DNA from: Antedon mediterranea
Taxonomy: Eukaryota; Animalia; Echinodermata
Length of the DNA stretch: 64,000 nucleotides
Direction of reading: 5' to 3'
NCBI RefSeq assembly: GCF_964355755.1
Contig: NC_092674.1
Coordinates: 14,570,001-14,634,000, forward strand
Part shown: positions 47,963-60,943 of the stretch, in pieces
Layout: each line of letters opens with the position of its first letter
Position numbering within the stretch: the first letter of the stretch is position 1
Translations under genes and position numbers: made by a program
Notes under the pieces: model-generated
What the model was told of the DNA's origin: nothing
The model's input: only the letters and a program-made list of their open reading frames with translations
Databases searched by the model: none

Positions 47963-50900
47963 TTACTTTTTACGACAAACATTACGATTTCTTCTAGGTA
48001 GTAGTTTACAATCTTCATATAATGGTAGAAGGCTATTTGTATAATTAGATGGACAATTACAACAGTATGGATACGGAGTGCACCCGAAGTTACAGCATAA
48101 CTGAGATTCCCAATCTACATCTTTTATTGCACTTGGAGAAAAGCTTAACTTTGCCGTTTCTATCGCTAATAGGTCTGCCAGTTCATCAACCAAGCCATAA
48201 CTAGTACTACTGATGTCATCTCTTTCTTCTGGATCTAGCAATATATCGTATATAATCGGAGGGTCATGCGATTGAAAGGTTGAATTCGGATTACACCTAC
48301 ACATTATGTCAATACCATCAGGTTCACAGTAGGAAGTGGTCTGGGTGTAATAATGTGCTTTATATTGAACTGTTCGAATCGCAAATGGTCCTTCGACGGA
48401 AGACGGTGTTGTGTCATAAATTAACAGTGATTGCCTTAAGCTCTGTAAAGACAAAAAACCCAAGGAATTATAATTTCAATGGTATCAGTGATCAATCAAG
48501 TCATGTGTGAGGAAACCCACCCGAATAGACCTATCGCTACATTTCTCCGGTTCCATGGAATATTGGAAAATACAGTGGCCGTATTCAGATAAGGGAAACT
48601 CTTAGAATTAAAAAAAAAATCTCCTATCTGTATAAGTGAATACAATTAAAGGGAACAATATCTCACTTAAGTGCGATTGTTCAAAACGGCCACTGCACCA
48701 CATGTCTTTCACATGTTTTGCCTACTACCAAAGACCATCACCTAATACAAGAACCACCAAAACGGACAAAAGTTAAATTCAGTAAGAATGTCTATAAAAG
48801 ATTCTCACAAGGAAGATTTTAATTGGACGTGTATTTGATTTGTATTTTAAAACAAGCACCTACAATCCTCTTAGTAAAACAATATGTGGGCCTACCACCA
48901 CGGGATTCGAGAGGAAGCGAACGAGCTTACATCCTTACAGTGAATATTAAGAAACATAGGCATAAACATAGAAAGACTATCAAATACCTCGTCATTCTGA
49001 AATAGCACATCATAGAAGTCAAATCCATCTAATATAATATCATCTGTTGACGACCCAGTTATTCTTCTAATTGTTGGCCATATATCAAGATGGCTAAGCA
49101 ACTCGGTTGAAACCCCAGGGCTGATGCGTCCTTGCCAGTATATAACGGTTGGAATACGAATACCACCTTCAAATGTATTTGATTTCCCACAGCGAAATAT
49201 TCCATTGTGGCCTCCCAATGTGCCCTCACGACGGTCAGGCCTAATACAATTATAATATTTATTAGGCTAATACAGTAGGATAGTAATAACATATTATTTA
49301 GCGCGTTCAGTTAAGTAATGAATACCATAATATTTACCCATTGTCTGAAGTAAAAATCACCAGTGTATTATCGAGAACCCCACTTTCTCGAAGTTCTTGC
49401 ATAATGTCTCCAACCTCACCATCGAGTTCTGCCATGGAGTCAGTATACGGTCCTCCAAGCGTCGTGTTTCTATAGCGACGTCCAGCAAACTGGGGTGCAT
49501 GTGGATGCAATGAAGAATAAAGAAGGAAGAACGGTTTTCTATCACAAGCATTGGTCTGTATAAAGCTTTTAGCAGCTCTTATCTGTCTTTCTGCCAACGT
49601 TATCAAGTCTAATGGTTGTTCTATTAGTTCGTTGTTTAAAATTAACTGACATGGTGCCTTTTCAGGAGCATAATCAACTCCTTCACAGTCATCATCCGGG
49701 TAATAACATTTAAAGTTTGGACAATCACCAAGTGTAGTGGGAGTACCAAAAAAGAAATCGAAGCCATGAGTTAAGGGTAAAAATTCTCTGTTTTTACCAA
49801 CACCAAGATGCCACTTCCCAACTAGACCTGATATGTAACCATTATTAGAGAGCATTTCTGGAATTGTTATTTCTTCATGGCGTAGGCCATTGATAAACTC
49901 TTGATTAAAAAATGATTTATATCATTCCATACACCTGTACGTACCGGATAGCGGCCAGTAAGAAGTGAAGCCCTGTTTATAAAAAAAATCTTTGTTATTT
50001 ATTTGATAACATTGATCATATACAAGAATATAATTGAACAAGGCCAACAGCCATTAAGTCGCGTGCTACAATGCATAGTGATACCGGACCGACAGACAAA
50101 CAGACCGACAGACAGACAGACCGACAGACAGACGGACCGACCGACATAGTGAACTATACTGACCGAAATTACTGAACATGTTTAAAAATGTTGAAATGTT
50201 TAAAAACATTTATATTTTTTTAATTTACACGTGCGTAGCCTGTCACTTTTGACGTGCTCGTATAACGTAATTTCGAGTTAAAAAGTAAGTCAAGAAAACA
50301 GAAATCGGGCAAGAAGAGTGCGCAATAACATTTAACGCGCAGTGCGCGCGCAAAAATCTGCGCACTCATGGCAATTTTGTAAACGCTTAAAATTGCCTGA
50401 AACGTACTCTTATTTCATCGAAAATAAATTTTTAAAATTTTAAGCGCGCTTACGCATGCGTTACATGCGCTACGCACGTAATTGTATTGCCATATATGAT
50501 GATTTATGCCCTGAAATTTATGAGTACCAACTTTTATTTAATTGTGATTCATGGTTGTTAAGATATGATTACAAACGTGATTTCGTTAAATCGTGCGTAG
50601 ACCGCGTAATTTTTTATTGCGCACCGTGAAAACATAACCACATCGATTCCTGGCCATAAGGAATATTCTGTGAAAAATTGACTTAGCTAGATTAAACTGA
50701 TATCAAGATAAGGTCATAAAGCGATAAAACGCATAGTGATACCGGACCGACAGACAGACAGACAGACAGACCGACAGACAGACCGACAGACAGACAGACA
50801 GACAGACCGACCGACCGACCGACATAGTGAACTATAGAGTCGCTTCCACGCGACTAAAAACACAATGACAAGAAAGAAAGACAGAAAGAGACAACGACAT

Positions 50901-51619
50901 ATAATAAATCTTTAAAAGTTCAACATCAACAACATCAAAGTACACATAAATAGCCTCAACTTGCATTTGGTAACGGTTTAGGCCACCTTGAGCATTTCGA
51001 TCAAACTTGTTGACACGAAAATATCAAAGTGCACAGAATAGCCTCCAATCGAATTTGGTAACGGTTTAGGCCATTTTAAGCATTTCGATAAAACTTGTTG
51101 ACATAACATCAAAGTTCGCAGAATAGCCTTAATACGCATTTGGTAACGATTTAGGCCATTTTAAGCATATCGATAAAACTTGTTGACATAAAAACATCAT
51201 CAAAGTACACGCACAGAATAGCCTCAACTCGCATTTGGTAACGGTTTAGGCCATTTTAAGCATTTCGATAACATTGTTTAAATAATAAATACTGGGTAAT
51301 GAAATGCTGCGTTACGAAAGAACTGTTAGGAATCTTACCTTGCTGGACTGCAGACGGGAGAGGAACTATAAAACTGAGTAAACTTTTTCCCTCCACTAAA
51401 AAAAGCATCAATATTAGGTGTCGATGCCAGTGGATTTCCAAATGACTGTAAGTCACCATACCCCATGTCATCGGCCAAAAAAATTACAATATTTGGAGAA
51501 TTGTGGGTATCGCAATGAAAAAGATCAGTTTTAAGCACCAACAGAAAAAAGACAAGTCTAATAAAACCGGAGACATTTAAAGCTCTGTCCAATTTAGAAC
51601 ACAACATAATTTCCTGCAT
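47963..51619 (-). CDS. ARSA: Arylsulfatase A-like sulfatase; exons 51339..51619 (start possibly 51607), 49338..49972, 48988..49240, 47963..48442; apparent frameshift at ~49905-49922
   Basis: PNIVIFLADDMGYGDL; CSPAR-ASLLTGRYP (formylglycine motif CxPxR); GYISGLVGKWHLG; HPHAPQ; NTLVIFTSDNG; CGKSNTFEGGIRIP; YKAHYYTQ; HDPPIIYDILLDPEE; Cys-rich tail CCNFGCTPYPYCCNC typical of ARSA. Confidence 0.9.
50060..50860 (-). mobile_element. HINE/DINE-1-like element with (GACA/GACC)n microsatellites in arylsulfatase intron 1
   Basis: Minus-strand start TTTTTAGTCGCGTGGAAGCGACTCTATAGTTCACTATGTCGG(TCTG)n. The body is the reverse complement of ~27260-27750. A solo terminus is at ~52945-52995. Confidence 0.8.
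50930..51270. repeat. Imperfect tandem repeat, ~75-90-bp unit x4
   Basis: CATCAAAGT...AATAGCCT...ATTTGGTAACGGTTTAGGCCA...GCATTTCGATAAAACTTGTTGAC recurs four times. Confidence 0.88.
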
Positions 51620-52898
51620 CGAAAAGAAAAAATATTTCAGACATTGATTATGATTAGGCAGTACTTATATTAGATATTAGCCTACGTGAAATGTGGAAAT
51701 ATTGAAAACAAAGGCCCGTCTCATTTGTACTTTATACTAATCCCATTAATTTACTCAAGTTAAAAGAATAGCATATTACCAAATGTGTACTTTTGCTTAG
51801 TTTCCAAACGTAGTTTCTTTCCTTGTTTTTGTAGCCATACTGTATAATGAGCATCAAATATACTCCGACGATCAACTACTACCCTCACAAATAAAATGTA
51901 GGAATATCAAATAAAATTATACAATCGACTTTAAACACACTATAAACATAATTCGCAGTCAATTTAAATTTAAAACGGTAGGTCTTTATATAAAATACTA
52001 TTTATGATTTTAACTATTCATTGATCTCTTTCATGTTAGTATATTTTAATTATTGTGCGCATTATCTCTTTTCATTTTCCATTTAGGTGATCTACCCGAC
52101 AGTCCTTTTTTTCGATTTTTGGTAAATCCGTCATTTGGATTTTGACCTTTTCTAGCGCTTTTTTGTTTTGTCTTTGTACTTTTTTGACGAAATAAATGAA
52201 ATGAAATATACGGGTTGTTGCAATTAGTAGTACCGGTAAAAATATATTTTTAAAAAAAGGCTTATATTTTAGTGTGGGTGTTAAGCAAGAACACATTTTA
52301 AAACCTATAGCCTGGATAACTCTATTTTAGTACAGTACGGTATAACATATATATAATAGCCAAAATTGATTCCTCTATCACCTCCTAAGCCGCAAGTCCG
52401 ATACTAGCGCCGCTCGAGCTGGGGTTAAGACTAATTTCTTTGCAACTGCCGAATCCCGAGTTCGGTAATTCTCGACAATTTTCCTACGCCACAATTAGGC
52501 CTAGGTCAGTCACTCCGGTAATTAGCAATCGAGGCTAGACAGCAGCACATGTGATCAGCGCAGCTGCAGTTATAGTATAGCCGCAGTGTTGCGCCATTTC
52601 AAATGAAACGGGCGGTAAGAAACTGTATTCTTGATAATGTTAACCCAGGCTAAGTTATGTTTCTTACTAATTACTATTCCTAAGCTGATATATAGACAAT
52701 AGCTGAATGAAACTGAACAACAGGAGACTGCAAGAATATTCATCCAGATTCAACTAAGTCACTGTTCTCCAGTCGGAAATGATATTAACATAGGCCTACT
52801 TTGGAAGCATTTACAAAACATGACAAATTACCTGACGACTATGAAATGCAGGAGTATATGTCCTATTCCAATACAAACATAAGGACAGAAAAAAACTG

Positions 52899-52930
<32 letters not shown>

Positions 52931-53005
52931 TTAGTCTTTACCGATCAACCGACCGACATAGTGAGCTCTAGAGTCGCGTTGCACGCGACTAATAAACTTC
53001 TATTA

Positions 53006-53011
<6 letters not shown>

Positions 53012-53070
<59 letters not shown>
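53012..53070. repeat. (TA)n microsatellite; poly-A run nearby at ~52899-52927
   Basis: Directly visible. Confidence 0.97.
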
Positions 53071-53073
<3 letters not shown>

Positions 53074-54589
53074 CACAGACAAAACAAGAACAAAGATACA
53101 GATGTATATTACAAATTATAATATTAACGAGATTCTGTTTTTTTGTTGTTTTTTGTTGTGACTGCATGTTTTTTAAACATTCATTTTACAGTGAGCACTA
53201 CTATTATTTGCGATGTTTCTGTACATTTGTATTTAAAATTGTTGCTTTTAGAACTCAAACAAAATAGACACTGAAATATACAGAACTAGCAAGGGCTGTT
53301 TTCAAAATTAGTTTAAATATTTCTCAGTACACATAGCACCCGACGCCAGTATACTGTACTCACCAATTTCCACCCCTCTTCAATAACACCCCACACTCTT
53401 TTTAAAAAATAAATTCTTCCCAGGACAATTCATTTCAATTTTAGCTTCATAAGGGGTATACATAATTATCTATGATGGGCCAATGGTTTAAGTACGTTGT
53501 AAACTGTGTAAATGAATAGGTGTCATTGGCTGATAATTAAAATATCTAATTTTTATACTGTGGCCTACATCACCACCCCAAACTCCCATCCTATTCCCAG
53601 GGATAATTAAAATACCAATTTTCCATCACAATTCTGGTCAATTTGATAGCCTCCTACCCCTAGCCTAAGCCAAATCCAATCCCCTTCAACACCCACACCT
53701 TATCGCCCCACCCCCTTTCCCACCAAATCTCCGGACTTTTTTAATGTAGTTTAAAACCTTTCCGGTACAATTGCGGTTATTTTTAAACCCCATATGTATG
53801 GTTACGGGCAGAAACAGAAATTTGTATAACGAGCAGACATCAAAAGTGGGGAATTTGGATCCCATTTGGCACCTAACTTGAATCCAAGATGGAGGATGAT
53901 GTTGAAATATAGTTTAGAACTTTCCAGGTACAATTTTAGTCATTTTTAATTCAAGAGTGCAATACATAGCTGATAGGCATAGTTTAAGAACTTTGCAAAC
54001 TATATTATTATATAAATTAATAGGTGTCATATTGAATGCTTAATGAAAGAAATATCTAATTTGAATACCGCTGACTCTTCCCCAGCCTATATTTTGACCA
54101 CATTTACAAACTCTCTCTCGGCACTATCCATCTATTTATAGATGTGTGTATACTGCATTGTACTATATTACTCTATTATCTTTTTTGATTCCGGAATCTT
54201 ACAATCATTATAAGATGACAGTACCCGTCCATTGGACGGGTACATGCTAGTAATAAATAAATAAAGAACGCTGTGTCCTCAAACAAGTCTATTGCTAATA
54301 GAACATGATGGCCATTTCTGAATTTTCATAAATGTCAATCAATTTGGAATCGTCGATTTCAGCATAATCACCGCACTACCCTAATACAGTATTACTGTAT
54401 TACTGTATCTAATTCAAATATGTGTGTATATTCTACCTATTTATCAAAATGTATTATTTAACTTGTTTGTGTGTATTCATTTTAGTAGTTAAAAAAACCA
54501 AAGATAGCAAGCTAACTTCATTCAATCAAGATGTGTCTTACGAAATACGAAAAAGAATTACAAACTAACACACAGATAGAAATGTAATG

Positions 54590-55300
54590 TAATGTAGACT
54601 GACATAGATACAATGTGCAAATGGTCTCATGATTGGCAGCAGCTACCGTTTAAATTGACCAGTAAAGTCATTCATTCTGGGTCAAAGAATTTGATGTATG
54701 AATACTTTATTGGCCTTGGTGATAACAAAGTTGGTATTCATAGCGTTTCTCAAGAAACAGATTTAGGAATATTGATTGATCATAAATTAGGCTTCTCTGC
54801 CCATACTTCCAAGATTGTTAAATCTGCAAACAGGATACTCGGTATAGTAAGAGTTATATGTATCTGTACAAATCTATGATCAGACCTATATTGGAATATG
54901 GTGGTAGTTCATGGACGCCTCTGTATCAGAAAGATTACAATCGTTTCGAATAAGTTCAACATCCTCAAGGTTAGTGTCTGAATTGAGGAGTAAGCCATAT
55001 GAAGAGAGATTGAAGTTATTGGATTTGCCTACCTAGCCTTTAGAAAGAAAAGAATGGATTTAATTCAAACTTTCATAAATTTGATAATATCGAGGCAGGA
55101 AATTATTTCAAAGATCTAAATACCAGCAAACCAGGGGGAATGTTTTTAAGGTATCGAAATCCAAATACAATAAAAACATTAGAAAAAGAGCATATGCAGT
55201 TAGAGTTATAAATGATTGGAACTCACTACCAAACTATATTGTGACGGAACCAACGATTAACAAGTTCAAAACCGGCATTGCAAAGTTATGGTCTGACCAC
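54590..55300 (+). mobile_element. CR1-like LINE, decayed RT C-terminal/3' fragment
   Basis: KWSHDWQ.LPF...KVIH...ETDLGILIDHKLGFSAH...KSANRILG...YKSMIRPILEYG...WTP...DLIQTF...RVINDWNSLP. A second small fragment is at ~58495-58750. Confidence 0.85.
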
Positions 55301-55713
55301 CATCTCAAGTTTCGCCCATATGTTACCGAGGAGTTCTCATTGATGACAATGGAGGGACAAATGAGCTAGTTCTAAAAGTCCTACGGTTCAAGGTAACCGT
55401 CCATTTATAATACATTGTTTGGGTTGTATAGGCCTACAACTCTATTAGAGAAACAAACTACGGATTATTCTTAATATAGGATAGGCAAGTGAGTGAGTGG
55501 AACCGTAATTACGTAGCCATAACATCGGCAGGGGTTTGAGGCTCACTCCATGTTGGTGTTATCCGTATTCATTTTGTTTAGTAGGCTTATTACATGTTGC
55601 GGAATGGGAAAAAATATATCAAGGCTTAGACAAGTGCCATACGCATCCCTTTCCTTTATACTCTTTCCAAACGAGTGATAGGCCTATATATATTGTTTTC
55701 ATTATTAATGTGA

Positions 55714-57030
55714 ATGGCCTTACCCAAAGTATTGACAACAGACCATGGAAGAGAGTTTGTCAATGAACTCATGGAGTTCCATGATGAACTCAATGATGAG
55801 CTCATGAAGAAATTGAACATTGAGTATCGTCTCACCACACCCTACCATCCACAGGTTGGTATATTACCTGCATTTACATACCCGTAAATAGGATTGATTG
55901 CTTGAATAGAATAAGCATATTAGTCTGCAAAAGCGCAGTCTAGTAAGCGCATCAGCGATACAGTATATTGTGTCTCCAATCAATACCCCATTCCTTTTTC
56001 AATAAACGTTGCAGATGACGTTCATCAATGCGCAGCATAAGCTAAAAACATGTTAATGTTACTAATTAAATTGTAATTATTAGGCATATTATTATTATTT
56101 GCGACCAGTATGCATACGATCCACACCCATTCATTTCTCCAAGATGATGAGTGGCACGACTATGTCGATACCTGCGTGTTTGCCTCTAACACGTCAAGGC
56201 ATGATTCGACACATTTTACATATCGTTCTAGCTAATGTTTCTTCCTAATCACACTACAGTTGACGTCGCGGTTGACAGCACAGAAACAGAGGAAATCCTG
56301 AAGAAGTATAATGATTCTGAAGAGATGCCACAGTACGATTGATCAGCGACTAAAAGATCGCCAGAAATTCTAGAAGAGGCCAAGACCAACATAAGTAAAA
56401 AATACAATAGAGAAAGTATGCCCGTCCTAACATGTTATTGATTTAGATTCGGTGAGTACACCAGTCCACAGAAGCCAATTATATGGATAGACAACGGGGC
56501 AGTTTAGCTGAGCGTGGATGACAGGAAAATATTAGAGTTCAACCCGTTGGTTAAACTCAAGCATCATTAATGCGTCGCAGACGATATTAAATAGAGTACC
56601 TGGATTCCAGGATGTTGAACTAGGATCAATTTCTGGATTTAATATTGAAGGAGGAGAATTTATACAAATATTACATGGAAGTGGACACTGGCTGTCAGTA
56701 CTATTGGTACTGTTCACCGCAATGTCGTGTTATACGATAGTGGATATTCTATGACTCCATCTGACATTAAGAAACAGATAGCCTCACCAAAGATTATATA
56801 GCGCCTGGAGGATTTTTTTTCAATCAGACCGAGATGAGACGCCACCTTAAACATTGTTTCGAGTGTGGAATATTCTCGATGTTCCCAATACAAAAAATCA
56901 TATATAGTATATATTAGGTATAAAGCAGCAACACGGATAATAGTTTTTTTGCGACTGCAGAATGCCATAGGTTGCAGGAGAACGCATGGTGCAATGTGGT
57001 AAATGCCAGTAATGGTACCACTTTAGCTGT
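55714..57030 (+). mobile_element. Decayed Ginger1-like DNA transposon (Gypsy-type integrase + Ulp1-like protease + PHD finger)
   Basis: LPKVLTTDHGREFVN...RLTTPYHPQ|gt; WHDYVDTCVFASNTSRHDSTHFT; WLNSSIINASQ...FIQILHGSGHWLSV...VVLYDS; FCDCRMP*...MVQCGKCQ*WYHFSC. Confidence 0.75.
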
Positions 57031-57314
57031 TTTAAGAAGTTTAAAAACAAAATCAGAAAAAAATGCCCCATGGTTCTGGAAAAAATGTTAAATCAACTCA
57101 AAACAAATAACCATGACTTCGTAAAAATATCAGTTAATTATTATTTAGAATAAAAATAGAAGAAAGAAACGGGCAGGTAGAAAACTGAGACGTAAAATTA
57201 AAGTAACTAGGCTCAATAGGCCTAAATCATCAGAAACGTATCCAATGTCAACATAATTTAATCAGTATTAGGACAGAACCCTAGACAAAAGTATTTTGCC
57301 CAAGCCCAAAGGCA

Positions 57315-57520
57315 CGAATTTTTCTATCCAATGCCAGATCACTAAAGAACAAAGTTGATGAGTTTGAAAATAAGATATTTAAACTTGGCATCGATGTAGC
57401 TGTTATCACTGAATCCTGGCTGAATGATTAAACTGAAGCAAAAGCTGACATTCCTCGATACACTTGTATTACCAAGAAGAATAGAAACAAACGTAGTGGC
57501 GGGGTAATCGCTTAATTGTT
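57315..57520 (+). mobile_element. LINE AP-endonuclease N-terminal fragment
   Basis: FLSNARSLKNKVDEFE...GIDVAVITESWLND...RRIE...RSGGV. Confidence 0.75.
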
Positions 57521-58853
57521 TGTAGTACTTACAAATAACCAGTGTGAGTGTTCGTAATAAAGATGACAAGCTAGACAAAATGCGTTTTGTTTATTTAAGA
57601 ATATATGGGTCGATACCGTAGTACAGAGTGCTAAAAAAATTGGGATACTCCATAATGATTATACTCACCCTGCACATCTTCCAGAGGGCGATTCAAATAT
57701 TTCATTCGGATACTCGATCCCAGCAACAACCCCACCCGCCTAACCTTTAAACTATGCACCAGGGGAGTTTTTGAAGTTTAGTTAAAATTCTTCCCACAAG
57801 TAGAATTTCGGTTTGATACCACTCCGAAGTGCAAAGGACTAACATATCCAGTACACATTAAAATTTTGCATGGATGTCAGTTAATTTTTATCAATATAAA
57901 ATATTATCAGTACAATAACAATTGCGGTCAATGTGACTATAACAAACTATTTCTTATTTGCGACCAATTTGGCGCACCATATGTAGACGTAAATACAATG
58001 TATCGTCCCCCTATTATATCCCCCCACACACTCTCTCCACCAACCACAACTTCAGCAGCAGCAGGCAACAACACAAAAAACGCTCACCAGACAGACCAAA
58101 AATAAATGGCAAGTTACTAAAACATACAAGTTGAAATGATATTGAAACACATTTAATTATCTTAAATTATCTCATTTTTTACTATCAATAAATGATCAAC
58201 CTACTGCGTATTTACCTAGGCTTAGATGGTAAGCCTACATAGGCCTAGGCCTAGTTAAGGCTAGGAAAGGCCCTGGGTAGCGGGGATACCCGGGTAGCGG
58301 GACGGTTCGGTCCTGACATGAGACGGTTCGGTCCTGACATGAGACGATTCGGCCCTGGGCTGGGACGATTTGGCCTAGGACTAGTCAGCCCATTTATCGG
58401 CTTTGATATGCATTTTTAGGGAATAAATAAGCCCTTTCTTCAAAATTTGTTTTCAGAGAGACTCTGGGACAGGCCTACTCTAGGCCTAGGCCTACTACAG
58501 AAAATGATGCAACCAATAAGATAATTACAAAGGTTGTTGGGTCTATCGTCACTCGAAGATGACATGATTGAAACTTATAAGATTGTTCATGGTCTCGAAA
58601 ATGTTTGTTTTTCCGACTTTTTTACTTTCCATAATTCTGCTGGCCATTTTACACGAGGTCATCCTAAAGTTGTGTAAACCTTGGTTTAATACTTTTAGTA
58701 GAGCCTCTTTCTTTGATTTACGTATCATAATAGTACATGGAACTCATTAGCCCTTTCACATTGTTTCAAGCCCAACACTTAACATTTTCAAGCAAAAATA
58801 TGACACATCAATACTATGACTCTATGAGAGGAGGCAGCCTCTACGAGTACATA

Positions 58854-60339
58854 CCGTGTCAGAGGAAATCGGTTGCGTCTGAAATCGGTCGCGATAAAAT
58901 CAACTTCCGGTATTTTGTATGGCGCGCCGCTAGAGCTATACGTTTGATATCGGTAGCGTTTTAAATCGGTCGCGCTATTTTGCATGGGACGCACTAGATA
59001 CATTTTTAATGAAAACGCTAATTATGTTTTTATTTAGTTAATTTTGAATATAGAATTTCTAATACTAATTACTATTAACATTTTTTTTTAGTTTACCTCG
59101 ATCGTTATTATTTTTTAAGTACAGTAAATATAAATTTATCTCATTATTATTTATCTCATTATTTATAAATAATTTGTGTTTACAGGTGTCAATGAATAAT
59201 TGTAATGTGTTCGTTTAGAAAATCGTTTTAAAAAGTTTTATTGAATATTGTTTAAGTTTTTGAAAAGATTAGCATGCCACTGTTAAGTTTTGACAATTTT
59301 GAAATAATTTAATATTAAACAAGTAGACGCGCCTATTATGCAATAAAGGAAGATGATGTATGACGATGATTTTTACGTTTGATATCCGCCACTAATGTGA
59401 GCATGGTTTTAGGATAATACTAATAAAATAATATTATATGCCGTTATAAATCAATCTACCGGGCCTAACAGTAGGACTATGATGTACAATGATAGGCCTA
59501 GATGTGAGAATAATAATGGATGGATAATAATATTTCATAATATTTATTGTTATGTTTAAAAAAAAAAATAGTTATTCGAGATTGTAAAGGGATCGACAAC
59601 TGTATATCGAGGAAGGGGAGAATGTTCTGAAAAACAACAAACGAATAATGAGGGCCTCATTATTAGGGCGCTATTGTATAGTGTGTAAAAGGCCGTTTTG
59701 GCGTGTCATAGATAAAAGAAAAAAAAAACAAATACCGACAGCGTGGTTGGTAAGACGTGTGCAAATAAATGATAATAAAAATCAGAAAGTTCTTGCGTAT
59801 ATTATTTATGGGCCTTTCTTTAGTACAGTGATCCAATAGTAAGTTGTTAACGACATGGATATGATATATCTGCCACAGTATGCATAAGTATAAAAATGGA
59901 TACGCTGGCTTTACGGGCTATACTGTACATTGTAACAATTATTGTTTTTAAATAAATTGTTCTCTATTCTCTATATTAAATATATTAATTAATAGTACAT
60001 AATAAAATAGAGGTAAATTATTATATGCCTAATAAAATATTACAGTAAAAGAGTTTAGAAATGGCCATTTTGAAAAGACACAGTCCTTCTCCGAGACCTG
60101 TGAAATAAAAAAAAAAGATTGATAATAAATATTCATTAACCAAAATAAAAAATATCCACATAAATAATCTAGTTTCTACATAAAAAAATTCAATTAAATC
60201 CTGCTAGCATGTATCTCGCTCCATACAAGATAGCGCAACCGATTTCATCAAACGTAGCTGTAGCGGCACGCCATACAAAATACCGGAAGTTGATTTTATC
60301 GCGACCGATTTCAAATGCGACCGATTTCATCGTAAACCG
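58854..60339. mobile_element. Non-autonomous DNA transposon with ~140-bp TIRs and 6-bp TSD
   Basis: Arms share GAAATCGGTCGCGATAAAATCAACTTCCGGTATTTTGTATGGCG in inverted orientation; TACATA on both flanks. Confidence 0.85.
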
Positions 60340-60943
60340 TACATACTCACTAAAGTAAGCACTAAGGTAATATAAGCAAATCTAGCCTGAGTAAAACATT
60401 GCTGAAAATTATCCCTTTTTAAGCCATGCAAACGATTGAAACAATTTTGGCGAATAACAAAGTTTTCGAAATAAATATTAATAAATGGTTAGTTGAAACA
60501 CCTTTTAAAAACTTGATAAATACCCAAAAATTCTCTATTAACAATCATTGGTTTAGTAAGACATTTTTGGGCTGAATCATTTCAGGGCCCAGAAGGTTTA
60601 CAGGTCTAACAATTTTTGCTTATGTGTATATCTAGTAAATATTCAAACACGAGAGGATCACTCTCATTTGAAACTGATTTATTTAACAACAAGGGTAATC
60701 AGCAAACATGCATTAGTGAATAGCTCATGTTGCGTAACGCATCAATCAAAGCTGCATGCTCCAAATTCGCCAGAGTTGATCCACGGCCAAGTCTGGTGAT
60801 ATTGAAGTTTGATTGATGCGTTACAGTGCTATTGTACTATTGTACGTCTATAGTAACATTAAACTTGAATACAATGCAAATATTGACCTATAAGGTATCC
60901 ACATACTGTAAAACTTAAAATGTAATTAAAAGTAAACATTCTG

